DNA from: an uncultured archaeon
GTDB taxonomy: Archaea > Aenigmatarchaeota > Aenigmatarchaeia > CG10238-14 > SCSR01
Direction of reading: 5' to 3'
Assembly: GCA_964539655.1 (NCBI GenBank)
Contig: CAZIJH010000002.1
Span: forward strand, 80,813-144,812
DNA: 64,000 nucleotides
Below the pieces are notes generated by a model. That model saw only the letters and a list, made by a program, of their open reading frames with translations, ran no database searches and was not told the origin of the DNA. Positions 43,845 through 53,622 of this stretch are shown here, one piece after another; position 1 is the first letter of the stretch; each line of letters starts with the position of its first letter. The translations under genes were made by a program, and so were the position numbers.

Positions 43845-44634
43845 TGTTGCCGATCAGTTTGTCGAATCTTCCTTTGATGACGCGCTTGTACTGCGGTCCT
43901 ATCTGCTCGTTGTCCCCTATCCCTTCCAGATCCTCGACAAGCGATTCCCATTTTGCAGCTACCTCGGGAGACGGCGGTGAAGAGTAGAGAGTCTTACCTA
44001 CTTCCTTGGACCATTTCTTCACCTCCTTGCCGAGCGTCACCTCGTCCATCAGCGCGCTAGCAAGACCGAGCAATTGGTCCTTTAAAGTTGACTGGTCCTT
44101 GGAAAATTGCAGATATGTCTGCGCACTTTGTTGCGGGATTTGTTGCGCAGATGCGGCCAACCTTTGTTTCAGATTTTCATTCTCGTCTATCTTTCTTTGT
44201 TCAAGAATTTCATCGGGCGTCTGCACTTCAATCCCCATTTTTCTAAAATGATTGATTATTACGCCCGACCGTTCAATGTATTCTTTGGTGGCCTGTAATT
44301 TCATCTCAAAAATATTTGCGTCGGAAGACAAGAATGCTAACTTTTTCACAATCACATCAGGTTGCAATTTGTATTTCAGCGAACCTTTCTCAGTTTTAGC
44401 CTTCTCAATCAGATTTGCTGCAGATGCATAGACTTCCTTGATTTCTGTATTCTTTTTCACTTCATCGTAAAGGCCGATTTCGCTGAGAGCGCTTGCTGCA
44501 AACATCAGATAAGCATCAATCTGACCCCTTTCCCAATTATGTTCGTTATTGTTGTATCGTAATTCTCTCAACGAGAAAATCAGATCGGCATTTTTCCTGC
44601 TCAGCCTTTTCAGAGCTTGTTGAAAAGTTGCCAT
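43837..44634 (-). CDS. Hypothetical helical/coiled-coil protein
   Basis: 265-aa ORF, predominantly helical and charged. No recognised motif. Confidence 0.45.
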   Translation of the reverse strand: MATFQQALKRLSRKNADLIFSLRELRYNNNEHNWERGQIDAYLMFAASALSEIGLYDEVKKNTEIKEVYASAANLIEKAKTEKGSLKYKLQPDVIVKKLAFLSSDANIFEMKLQATKEYIERSGVIINHFRKMGIEVQTPDEILEQRKIDENENLKQRLAASAQQIPQQSAQTYLQFSKDQSTLKDQLLGLASALMDEVTLGKEVKKWSKEVGKTLYSSPPSPEVAAKWESLVEDLEGIGDNEQIGPQYKRVIKGRFDKLIGNIN

Positions 44635-44660
44635 TTGTTAAAATTAGTGAAGTTAGAAAT

Positions 44661-45356
44661 TTATCCTTCTTTTTTCATCTTCTGCACGACGTCTCCGAGA
44701 CCGCGCACGGATTCAATCAGCGCCGGAAGAGTTTCCTTGAAAGCCCTCTCCAGGCTCCCGACTCTCGACCCGATGTCGTTGACGGTGTCGTTGAAATTCT
44801 CTATCCTGTTCGCGACTTCGTGCGATTCGGATTTGCCCTGAGAAATCTGCACAATCTTTTCGTTCACAGAATTTATTTTCCCGTCAAGCTCGTTGATCTT
44901 CTTTTCCATGTCTCCTATTTTGTCCGAGAATTCGGACACTCTTGCCTGAACTATGTAATCAATGTAATCTTCCGTCGGATATTGCGCGGAATAATCTTCG
45001 GGCAGAGAAGTTTCCGGAATCTGCGGCATCAATTCGTTAATGTCCGGCTGCTGCTCTTTCTGCGGAAGTTGCGGAAGCTGGGGAGCCGCTGACATTTGAG
45101 GAGCCTGATAAGGAGTCGGTTGCGGCGCTGAAGCCGTCTGATGCTGCTCACCGCTCACTCCGATCTGCAGAGCCTGCGTCAATGCCTTGTCTATTTCCTC
45201 GGGAGAAAAACCGTCCCTTCTCAAAACGTCTATCATCTCCGGCTCGGAAAATCCGCGCGATGCGAGCTCTCTCACGCGGTCGACCGGAACCATTCCCTTT
45301 CCTTGGATGACTCCGGGAGACTTTTTTTTCATAAAAGGAAGCTCGAGATCCATCAA
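44661..45356 (-). CDS. Coiled-coil protein with Q/P-rich linker (possible FlaC-like pilus/archaellum accessory protein)
   Basis: N-terminal small helical domain (VDRVRELASRGFSEPEMIDVLRRDGFSPEEIDKAL), a Q/P-rich linker (APQPTPYQAPQMSAAPQLPQLPQKEQQP), and a C-terminal coiled coil (MEKKINELDGKINSVNEKIVQISQ...). Lies next to the pilus ATPase. Confidence 0.4.
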   Translation of the reverse strand: MMDLELPFMKKKSPGVIQGKGMVPVDRVRELASRGFSEPEMIDVLRRDGFSPEEIDKALTQALQIGVSGEQHQTASAPQPTPYQAPQMSAAPQLPQLPQKEQQPDINELMPQIPETSLPEDYSAQYPTEDYIDYIVQARVSEFSDKIGDMEKKINELDGKINSVNEKIVQISQGKSESHEVANRIENFNDTVNDIGSRVGSLERAFKETLPALIESVRGLGDVVQKMKKEG

Positions 45357-45410
45357 ATCACAATAAACTAATTTTCTTTTTGAGCTATATTAAAACTACG
45401 TTTTTAGTTT

Positions 45411-45806
45411 TCAAGTTCTTCTCGGCCTGCTGGCGGATTCCTCGATTTCCTTCTTTGTTTCCTCCTTCGTCGCCAGACCTGAAGTAAGAGGGTTCATCAG
45501 GCTGATGTAGGATTCAAGCTCCCTTATGTCGTTCTTCGCGACTTTCTTGCTGAGGTCGCCGACGATTTTCGAAATCTCCGCCTCGATGACCACTAGCCTA
45601 TCCAAAATATTCTTCACGCTTTCAGAAAGCTTGTCAATGCTGGCTTTGGTTTCAGACGTGTGGCTGCTTGTCTGCTCCTCGAGCGAGGCCATGCTCATCT
45701 CAATCCTGTCGATCCTCTGCTCCATCACCCTGATTCTCCGCGCGTCCTCGTTTATCCTTTTCACGATTTCGCTCGTCAGCACGCGTATGTCCGCAGTCTC
45801 TACCAT
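45411..45806 (-). CDS. Coiled-coil protein divergent from the pilus ATPase
   Basis: ATG at 45806 (MVETADIRVLTSEIVKRINEDARRIRVMEQRIDRIEMSMASLEEQ...). A TTG at 45839 would extend it by 11 aa. Heptad-like pattern throughout. Confidence 0.45.
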   Translation of the reverse strand: MVETADIRVLTSEIVKRINEDARRIRVMEQRIDRIEMSMASLEEQTSSHTSETKASIDKLSESVKNILDRLVVIEAEISKIVGDLSKKVAKNDIRELESYISLMNPLTSGLATKEETKKEIEESASRPRRT

Positions 45807-45862
45807 GAAAACCAGACCATAAGTAATATTTGCCGTCAACAGCAGATAAATTATATTCAGAT

Positions 45863-48097
45863 ATGGCAGTAGAGTACGAAGTTCTTGACGGCGCGCTGAG
45901 GATAAACGCGGCGAACTGGGCCATAGCCCCGAGCATAGAAGATTCAGAAGCTGCGATGGCGATAGTCATCGACAAACTGCGCGAAGTGAAAGACGTCAAC
46001 AGGATAGTTTTGATCGAGTCGAGGGAGAACGAGTACGATTTCGAGCAGACGCAGATGCTGATTGAAATATCGAGAATTTACGACAGGATCATAAACCAGG
46101 ACAAAATTTTGAGCATCAACAATCTCGGGGACAAGGGATGCGAGACGCACATTCCGCACAGGCTCGCCGAACTGCAGTTCCTCGTGCTCGAAGTCCTGAG
46201 AAAAGATCCGATTGGAGCGTACGTAAGGATAAACACTTTGATTAACGCGACGAAAAAAAACGTGCACATGGACATGAGCCACCAGACGTGCCATTACAAT
46301 TATCTGATGTACGGACTCGAGCCGATAAGATTTTTGCTCGAAAATACTTTGCTGATACAGCGCGTCCTTCCGAGAATTGGAAATTTCAAATTCGGAGACA
46401 GGAGCCTTTACAGGGAAATTTTTTCGCCGGTCGTCAGGCCGAACTTCATGCTCACGAGATACATGGCGATGCCCCCGAAAATGGGAAAGACGATCGAGAA
46501 ATACAATGTCGGAAACACTCTTGTCGAAATTTTCCAAGTCCCGGGAAAAGTCAGGAACATCTATCACGTCACTCCGCGCGAATTCATGCTGAGCGAGGAA
46601 AAATATTCGGTGCTCGATTCCGCAAGAAGATACCTCACCGCGCACAAGCCGAGCGAGCAGGAATCGGTCGAGGTGGAAAAATCCCGAGAAATTTTCATGA
46701 ACATCGGAAGAGATTTGATACGCGACCTGTCCGGAAATTCGCGGATGCAGATGACAACTCAGGAGATAGAGGAGCTGGCCGCGATACTTTCCAGATACAC
46801 TGCGGGTTTCGGAGTTTTGGAGATTTTGCTGGCGGACGAAAAAGTGCAGGACATTTATGTGAATTCGCCGATCGGCACTTCGCCGATCTACATTTTCCAC
46901 CAAGATTACGAGGAATGCGAGACAAATCTTATTCCGACAAAAGAGGATGCGGAATCTTGGGCAACCAGATTCAGATTGTTTTCCGGAAGGCCGCTCGACG
47001 AGGCTAATCCCGTCCTCGATACTGAATTGAATCTCGCAGTCGGACGAGCAAGAGTCGCAGCGATAACAAGAACACTTTCTCCAGAAGGTCTCGCGTTCGC
47101 ATTCAGGAGACACAGGGAAAGACCCTGGACATTCCCACTTTTCATGAAGGCAAATTACATAGATCCGATGTACGCCGGACTGATGAGCTTCATAATCGAC
47201 GGAGGAAGATCGATACTTATCGCGGGCGGAAGGAGCAGCGGAAAAACTTCCCTGCTTGGAGCGATGATGCTCGAAATTCTGCGCAAGTTCAGAATAGTTG
47301 TCAGTGAGGACACCTTGGAGTTACCTGTCGTTGCGTTGAGGGAATTAAATTATAATATCGAAAGATTGAAATCGCGCTCGGTAATCACTCGAGTAGAAAC
47401 AGAACTTCCGCCAGAGGAGGCGCTGAGGACAGCATTGCGTCTCGGAGATTCAGCATTGATCGTCGGAGAAGTCCGTTCCACGGAATCAGTCGCGCTTTTT
47501 GAGGCGATGAGAATCGGAGCGCTCGCGCATGTGGTCGCGGGAACGATCCACGGAGAATCGCCGTACGGAGTTTTCGACAGGGTCGTGAACGATCTCGGAG
47601 TGAAGCCGACAAGCTTCAAGGCAATTGACATAATCAACATCGCGAATCTTCTGCGCTCGCCAGACGGACTTCATAGATTCAGAAGAGTGACCGAAGTAAC
47701 GGAAGTTAGGAAGAAATGGAAAACTGATCCGGCAGACGAAGGAGGATTTGTGCAGCTCTTGCAATATTCTGCGCACGAAGACAGAATGAAACCAACAGAC
47801 ACCTTAATTGATGGTGAATCCGAAGTGCTGAACGAGATTTCAAAACAGGTAAGGGATTGGAGAGGTTCATGGGATCTTGTCTGGGAAAATATTTTGCTGA
47901 GGTCTAAAATAAAACAGTCGATTGTTGATTATTCGCGCGACCTTGCGAGGCCCGATATACTTGAAGCGGAGATTTCGGTTGAATCGAACGAGATGTTCCA
48001 CATAATTTCCGAGCAGGTCAGGAGGGAAGTCGGATCGCTGGATTCAAAAATAATTTACGAAAAATGGCTCGAGTGGTTCAAGTCGAGAATAAAATAA
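45863..48097 (+). CDS. Type II/IV secretion-family ATPase (archaeal FlaI/PilB-like) with long N-terminal extension
   Basis: Walker A IAGGRSSGKTSLLGAMM, Asp box VSEDTLEL, Walker B ALIVGEVRSTE, His box AGTIHGES. ATG at 45863 within ORF 45830..48097. Walker A sits about 455 aa from the start. Confidence 0.9.
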   Translation: MAVEYEVLDGALRINAANWAIAPSIEDSEAAMAIVIDKLREVKDVNRIVLIESRENEYDFEQTQMLIEISRIYDRIINQDKILSINNLGDKGCETHIPHRLAELQFLVLEVLRKDPIGAYVRINTLINATKKNVHMDMSHQTCHYNYLMYGLEPIRFLLENTLLIQRVLPRIGNFKFGDRSLYREIFSPVVRPNFMLTRYMAMPPKMGKTIEKYNVGNTLVEIFQVPGKVRNIYHVTPREFMLSEEKYSVLDSARRYLTAHKPSEQESVEVEKSREIFMNIGRDLIRDLSGNSRMQMTTQEIEELAAILSRYTAGFGVLEILLADEKVQDIYVNSPIGTSPIYIFHQDYEECETNLIPTKEDAESWATRFRLFSGRPLDEANPVLDTELNLAVGRARVAAITRTLSPEGLAFAFRRHRERPWTFPLFMKANYIDPMYAGLMSFIIDGGRSILIAGGRSSGKTSLLGAMMLEILRKFRIVVSEDTLELPVVALRELNYNIERLKSRSVITRVETELPPEEALRTALRLGDSALIVGEVRSTESVALFEAMRIGALAHVVAGTIHGESPYGVFDRVVNDLGVKPTSFKAIDIINIANLLRSPDGLHRFRRVTEVTEVRKKWKTDPADEGGFVQLLQYSAHEDRMKPTDTLIDGESEVLNEISKQVRDWRGSWDLVWENILLRSKIKQSIVDYSRDLARPDILEAEISVESNEMFHIISEQVRREVGSLDSKIIYEKWLEWFKSRIK

Positions 48098-48150
48098 GCA
48101 ATGACAAAACATTAGCTAAAATAAAACGAATTTCTATCTAGGTAATTTGA

Positions 48151-50100
48151 TTGACAGAATCCAAAGAATACAGGCAGTATCTGACAGCCGAGGTGCAGAA
48201 GCCAAAGCCCACTTGGTATGAAAATCTGGTCAATTCGTTTGGGAAAATTCCGATAACATTTCCTGTTGACAAGGATGCCGAGAAAAGAATAACAGAACAA
48301 GCCAGCTTCATCGGCTACGAAATAAAGCCATCGTCAATCTACATCACTTCCATTTTCATTTTTATATTGGCGCTTGTTGCGTCTGTCGCGACCCTTTTCT
48401 ACACCGGTTCGATGCTCGCACTGCTCGTCGGGATAATGGGAGGCGCAGGACTTGCGTACTACATCTATTCGTATCTTCCGAACCAGCTTGCGTTCACGAG
48501 AATCAGAGCGACGTCAGACCTCCTGCTGTCAGTACTTTACATGGTCATATCTCTGCGAATAACTCCTAACTTGGAGAACGCTCTCGTATTCGCATCCGTC
48601 AACGTGGGCGGAATCGTGGGAAGGGACCTGAAAAAAATAGCGTGGGACATGTCGCTCGGAAAATACAAGACGGGCGACGATGCGCTAGAAATTTTTGCAA
48701 GAAAATGGAAACAGGAAAACAACGAGTTTTCCGAAGCGATCGACATAATCAGAACGTCTTCTTTCAAGGCCGAGAGCGAAAGGCTGAAAATGTACGAGGA
48801 AGCTGTCAACGTAATTTTGGAGAGGAACACTGACAGGATGAAGACCTACAGCGCGGAGCTCAACAATCCGGTCAACATTATAAATTATCTGGGAATCACT
48901 CTTCCTGTACTGACAATAATTCTTTTTCCTGTGATGACCATTTTCCTTTCGCAGTCAATCCGGGCAGAGCTGCTCGTTCTGATCTATAATGTAGCACTCC
49001 CGCTCATCGTCTACTGGATGATGATGGAAACTTTGAAAAAGCGCCCGATAAGTTTCGGAGTGGTCGACATATCGACGCATCCAGATGCGTACAAGATCGG
49101 CACTTACAAAATCAAAAATAAAATCATTCCGCTGCTTCCGATTTCGATCGCCGTCTCGATATCACTGATCGCATTAGGATATTTCATCATCCAATCCGAA
49201 GAGAGCATGATATCGCTGAGCAAAATAATCGGAGGCCTTGTCGTCATCTGGGGGATTGCTGCAGGGATAATAATCTATTCGTACTTCTCGTACAGAAAAA
49301 ACATCAAGATAAAGGAAGATATCATCATAACCGAAAACGAATTCACCGAAGCCCTTTACGAGCTCGGATTAATTCTGTCTTCAGGATATTCCGTTGAGAC
49401 ATCGATAGAAAAGCTGCTGACAAAAATAAGAAATCTCAAAATTTCATTTCTGTTCACGAAGACTCTGAACAACGTCAAAGAATTCGGAATGACTATACAG
49501 AAGGCGATCTTCGACCAGAACGAAGGCGTGATAAAATATTATCCATCGAAGCTGATAAAAAACATACTGCAGATTTTTGTAGAATCGCTTAACAGAGGAT
49601 CGAAGACCACGGCAGTCGCAATGATGTCGGTTTCCGGCTATCTCAAATCAATCAAGCGCGTAGAGGAGTATCTCAAGGAAATCCTGCAGGAGACCACGAG
49701 CGAGATGCAGTTCATGCTAGCCATACTCGTGCCTGTCGCAACCGCTATAATCGTTGCGATAGCAGGACTGCTCACTTCGGTGCTCGTCCAGACATCAATG
49801 TTCCTTGCGACACTCACGGGGCTTTCCAGCAATCCGATATTTTCGCAGCAGAACACGCTCGGCTCGCTTGTCGACGTGACTCGCATAGTTCCAATACAAT
49901 GGTTCGTCCTCATAGTCGGCGGTTACATGCTCGAAGTTATATTAACGCTCGCGATTTTCCTCGCAGCGCTGAAACACGGAGACGACCCGCTGGAGAAGCA
50001 TAAGCTCATCGCGAACGGACTATTCAGAGGGATGCTGATATTCACCGTGATATCTCTCATAACTTTCGTAACATTCAACGGATTGGTGAAGATAGGATGA
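48151..50100 (+). CDS. FlaJ/TadC/PilC-like polytopic platform protein of a type IV pilus-like machine
   Basis: 649 aa with clusters of TM helices alternating with two cytoplasmic helical domains (the GspF-like duplicated architecture). Lies immediately downstream of the ATPase. TTG start. Confidence 0.7.
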   Translation: MTESKEYRQYLTAEVQKPKPTWYENLVNSFGKIPITFPVDKDAEKRITEQASFIGYEIKPSSIYITSIFIFILALVASVATLFYTGSMLALLVGIMGGAGLAYYIYSYLPNQLAFTRIRATSDLLLSVLYMVISLRITPNLENALVFASVNVGGIVGRDLKKIAWDMSLGKYKTGDDALEIFARKWKQENNEFSEAIDIIRTSSFKAESERLKMYEEAVNVILERNTDRMKTYSAELNNPVNIINYLGITLPVLTIILFPVMTIFLSQSIRAELLVLIYNVALPLIVYWMMMETLKKRPISFGVVDISTHPDAYKIGTYKIKNKIIPLLPISIAVSISLIALGYFIIQSEESMISLSKIIGGLVVIWGIAAGIIIYSYFSYRKNIKIKEDIIITENEFTEALYELGLILSSGYSVETSIEKLLTKIRNLKISFLFTKTLNNVKEFGMTIQKAIFDQNEGVIKYYPSKLIKNILQIFVESLNRGSKTTAVAMMSVSGYLKSIKRVEEYLKEILQETTSEMQFMLAILVPVATAIIVAIAGLLTSVLVQTSMFLATLTGLSSNPIFSQQNTLGSLVDVTRIVPIQWFVLIVGGYMLEVILTLAIFLAALKHGDDPLEKHKLIANGLFRGMLIFTVISLITFVTFNGLVKIG

Positions 50101-50318
50101 AGAAAAAAGAAAAAGGGCTCAGCATAGTCAGCGAGAAGATGGCCTTTCTGATAATTCTGGTAATCATTGTAATGTTTCTGCTCGTGTGGCTTGGTCTCGG
50201 GCAAACGCTGATCAATTACATCAGCGGAGAAAAGCTGGAGAGCACTGTGCAGACATGCGAACAGTTAGGGACAACCACGTTCGATCCCGAAGATCCCACA
50301 AAGAAGATATGCACTTAA
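50097..50318 (+). CDS. Pilin-like protein with class III signal peptide
   Basis: MKKKEKG-LSIVSEKMAFLIILVIIVMFLLVWL: a basic N-terminus, a KG motif, then a hydrophobic helix. ATGA overlap with the platform gene. Confidence 0.55.
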   Translation: MKKKEKGLSIVSEKMAFLIILVIIVMFLLVWLGLGQTLINYISGEKLESTVQTCEQLGTTTFDPEDPTKKICT

Positions 50319-50343
50319 GAAAAGCAACGGACAATTTTAATTT

Positions 50344-50529
50344 ATGACAAAAAAGGCTGCTGTAAGTTTTCCAATGACGGTGGTAGTGTCTATTGTGATA
50401 ATTTTGGTTATATTGGTTCTCGTCTTCATGTTAGTCGAAAATGTGGGGGATCTCCTTATAAAGGGATTCAGCAACGTAATCAAACAAGGCACATTGTTTG
50501 TTGGGGGACTTTTGGGTCCTCTGGGCTAA
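50344..50529 (+). CDS. Small pilin-like/TM protein
   Basis: MTKKAAVSFPMTVVVSIVIILVILVLVFMLV... 61 aa with a single N-terminal hydrophobic helix. Confidence 0.4.
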   Translation: MTKKAAVSFPMTVVVSIVIILVILVLVFMLVENVGDLLIKGFSNVIKQGTLFVGGLLGPLG

Positions 50530-50570
50530 TAACTTTTTATCTTGCCTTCCGAAATAATCATAGTGGGCAG

Positions 50571-50726
50571 ATGTCTGACGCAGTAAAAATGATAGTGAGC
50601 ATAGCAATAATTGTTGTCGCGCTTGCAGTGATTATCTGGTATCTTCTGACGAATTACAACAGCGTAACAAGTCAATTTTATCTGTATCTCGGAAGCGCGT
50701 TCTCGAACATGTTTTGGAAACCTTAA
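50571..50726 (+). CDS. Small pilin-like/TM protein (51 aa, below ORF-track cutoff)
   Basis: My translation is MSDAVKMIVSIAIIVVALAVIIWYLLTNYNSVTSQFYLYLGSAFSNMFWKP*. Same strand and spacing as the neighbouring pilin-like ORFs. Confidence 0.35.
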   Translation: MSDAVKMIVSIAIIVVALAVIIWYLLTNYNSVTSQFYLYLGSAFSNMFWKP

Positions 50727-50763
50727 ATCAAACATTTTATTTCTAAAAGCTGAATTATAATCA

Positions 50764-53577
50764 ATGTTCGCCGTTTCAAAAGGCCTTGCTATCGGACTTA
50801 TAGTCAAACTTGCTATCGGAATAATTGTAATCGCTGTCGCGCTTTCAATTTTCGGAAACGGCCTGCCCGGCATTTCCATACCTACTAAATGCAACGACAA
50901 AACTGGAATAGCTCTAAGCTCAGTCGAAGCACTCAAATGCGGAATCGACATGGCCGCCACGCAGTCCCTGTCAGTCGCTAGCTGCACAGGAAAATCAGAT
51001 TCGCAAAGCCAAGATATCATGAGTAAATTCGTATTCAGAAGTGCCAGCGAGCAGACAGGTGGATGCAAAAGAACTGACACAGGCGCAAGTCAGATTTATG
51101 CGAAGTTCGCATGCACAAACAAAAATTCATGCGTTCCAAAAGACGTCGAATGCAAAAGGACTTCGATAAATGACAAATGGTCATGCAGGGTTCTGGAATT
51201 CGAGCTGCCTCAAAGCCAGACGTTCAGAGACATGTTGAAAGCCATTGGATTGAACAACGTCGCAGAAGCTAACGAATTTATTTCGGAATGGATAGGCGCA
51301 GTCGGGCAGCCAGACTTTGTTCTCTCGTACGAATACTTCCCGTCGGAAAGCAGGGTTCTTTTCACGCGCGAAAACAAGGAGATATCATCGGTGATGGCCA
51401 GCGTTGCGCTTGGCGGGCTTCTGAATCTTGCGCCGGGCGGAGGATCGAAAATATCCGCGACTAAAAACGGACTGAAAAATATTCCGAAAAATATAATCGC
51501 GCTTTTCAAGAAAGACACTTATGTCGGGCTGAAAGGAAAGCTGTTCGAGAATTTTGCATCGAAGGCAGGAGTCAAGGCTTTGGAAGAATTAACGGCTGCG
51601 CGTCTCGTGTCTACATATGCGACTGCGGAAGGAATCGAAGAAATAGTTGGTAAAAATGTCGTCAAGCAAATTTTGAAAAAAGAGAACGTGAAGAAATTTA
51701 CAAACGATGTCAAGAAATTAATTTTGGAAAAGATGCCAGATGGAGCCGAGAAAAACCACTTGGAGATAACTTTGGACAACAGGTTCGATTATTTCTGGTC
51801 AGGAGTTTTTGAAAAATACATCAAAACATGCAGAGATATTCCGAGCACGTGCACGCCAGACGACGACTTTGTCGTGAAAGAAATGATGGATTTCGTGAAG
51901 ATTTCAGACCTGGGAATTCCAAATTCAGTTGCTGACGACGTCGCAAAACAAGTCCCATCAATCGCTTCTGCGAAAACAGCCACTGACGACATAAAAATTA
52001 TTTCAGGAGAGTTTTCCAAATCAGGCAATCTTCTTGACAGTGCTCTGAAACCAGAGTTGGCCGCGCAGCTCAAGCAAAACTTGGACGACCTGGCAATGCA
52101 GAGTCTGCTCGACAAAAGCATGGCGCAGTCCGCCAAGAAATACAAAAATGTCCAACAGTTCCAAGAAGTCCTGAGCAAGATGGACCAAAAGGCGGAAAGA
52201 ATTTCGGAAATTGCCTACAAAGATCTGCTGACCAAGCTGCATACGGCCGACAAGCATTCAGGGCTCTCGCTGAAAGGACAGTTCATCGGAAGGCTTGAAA
52301 AATCCTTGAAGCTTTTGGACGAAGGAACGTTGGAAGGACTGGAAGACAAGAGCACGAAGGACGCAGCGAAAAGTCTTGTGAAGAAAGCATTGACAGAGAA
52401 GGCGCCGATGCTGCTGAAGGGATTGACGGGCCTGCCTGCAGATTTGGAGCCAAAGGAAACTTCGGAAAGATTAATTTTGATGGCAGCGGTGTACATACTT
52501 TCTTACAATTCTATCGTTGACGACACGAACGAAGCTCTGCACAAGACCTGCGGAGGGAACACGCTCTGCCTCATGACAAACAAGCTTCTGCTTTCCGGAG
52601 AAGAAAATTATTGGGAAAGTTACGAGTTGAAAAAGGACAGCGACGTGTTCGTCTCGTCCAAAGTCTCGTCAATAAATCTCGACGGCGAGGAATTCGAAAG
52701 GGCGTACGCGTTGAGCCCGTGCAAAGCGAATGTCGACATATCTTTGAGCAAAGACCAGAAATGCAACGGCGCGCTGAAAACAAGCGAAAATATTTATTAC
52801 GAGATAAGGGACTTCTGGTGCTACGTGTACTATCCGAACGACGCTAACAAGTATTCTACCGATGACTATTCGTTCTGTCTCGACGAGACAAAAAGATTCG
52901 CAGAAACATGTTTGGATCAGTCACAAGGACTTCTGAAGCTGGTCACGAATTCCTGCGCCGGCCAGAAAGATAAGAAAGGTCCGATCGAATCTTTCGAAGA
53001 AGACGAGTCTAAGAACAATTTAGTCGACGGAAAAGTTTTCAGCATCTCGTTCGCAGACTGCAAGAAAAAATACAACACTGACGACATATTCAAATGCGTG
53101 AACGACGATTCGCTTGACAAAATAGACGACGTGAAAAAACAGTTGAAGAGCGACTGGTCAGCTAATCAGTACAATTTAATTTTGAAGCAGACAAATTTCC
53201 GGGCAGTCCCGATTAACATCCAGAAGGACGTAAACGGAAATCTGGTGACAGTCTCTGATTGCAGTTCTCCTTACTTCGCGCAAGAAATCGTGGGCGGAGT
53301 GAAAAGCGTAGACACGGTCACGCTAAGGTTCAACGACATTTTGAAATTCAAAGAGAAAGGCACGGATCCCAACTACTGCGTGCTTAGCAAATCGAAGATG
53401 TCAGATTGGGGCAAGCTTGGATGCCAGGTTGGAACAGTCGCAGGTTCGCTCGCGACAACATTCTTCACAACAGGAGCAACATCGCAAGTAACGTTGTATA
53501 TGATTGGCTCTAGCGGAGTGGTCTGCGATCAGATTCTTGACAATACCGAAAGCAGATGGCCGAATACCCAGCAGTAA
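50764..53577 (+). CDS. Large (937 aa) Cys-rich extracellular protein with pilin-like N-terminus (candidate pilus-associated adhesin)
   Basis: MFAVSKG-LAIGLIVKLAIGIIVIAVALSIF is followed by a long hydrophilic region with many Cys (e.g. TKCNDK, LKCGID, SCTGKSD, GGCKRTD, FACTNKNSCVPKDVECKRT). A hydrophobic C-terminal stretch (LGCQVGTVAGSLATTFFTTGATSQVTLYMIGSSGVV) is present. Confidence 0.55.
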   Translation: MFAVSKGLAIGLIVKLAIGIIVIAVALSIFGNGLPGISIPTKCNDKTGIALSSVEALKCGIDMAATQSLSVASCTGKSDSQSQDIMSKFVFRSASEQTGGCKRTDTGASQIYAKFACTNKNSCVPKDVECKRTSINDKWSCRVLEFELPQSQTFRDMLKAIGLNNVAEANEFISEWIGAVGQPDFVLSYEYFPSESRVLFTRENKEISSVMASVALGGLLNLAPGGGSKISATKNGLKNIPKNIIALFKKDTYVGLKGKLFENFASKAGVKALEELTAARLVSTYATAEGIEEIVGKNVVKQILKKENVKKFTNDVKKLILEKMPDGAEKNHLEITLDNRFDYFWSGVFEKYIKTCRDIPSTCTPDDDFVVKEMMDFVKISDLGIPNSVADDVAKQVPSIASAKTATDDIKIISGEFSKSGNLLDSALKPELAAQLKQNLDDLAMQSLLDKSMAQSAKKYKNVQQFQEVLSKMDQKAERISEIAYKDLLTKLHTADKHSGLSLKGQFIGRLEKSLKLLDEGTLEGLEDKSTKDAAKSLVKKALTEKAPMLLKGLTGLPADLEPKETSERLILMAAVYILSYNSIVDDTNEALHKTCGGNTLCLMTNKLLLSGEENYWESYELKKDSDVFVSSKVSSINLDGEEFERAYALSPCKANVDISLSKDQKCNGALKTSENIYYEIRDFWCYVYYPNDANKYSTDDYSFCLDETKRFAETCLDQSQGLLKLVTNSCAGQKDKKGPIESFEEDESKNNLVDGKVFSISFADCKKKYNTDDIFKCVNDDSLDKIDDVKKQLKSDWSANQYNLILKQTNFRAVPINIQKDVNGNLVTVSDCSSPYFAQEIVGGVKSVDTVTLRFNDILKFKEKGTDPNYCVLSKSKMSDWGKLGCQVGTVAGSLATTFFTTGATSQVTLYMIGSSGVVCDQILDNTESRWPNTQQ

Positions 53578-53622
53578 ATCCAAAAATTTCTTTATAGGGA
53601 TACAATTAATCATGAGATTAAA

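Noticed and set aside
43208-43987. 259-aa plus-strand alternative-frame ORF
   Set aside because: It overlaps the longer frame 42681..43844 and the minus-strand gene 43837..44634, and is Arg/Lys-rich with low complexity.
45944-47113. 389-aa minus-strand ORF
   Set aside because: It lies entirely antisense to the secretion ATPase, which has unambiguous Walker and His-box motifs. It is a shadow ORF.
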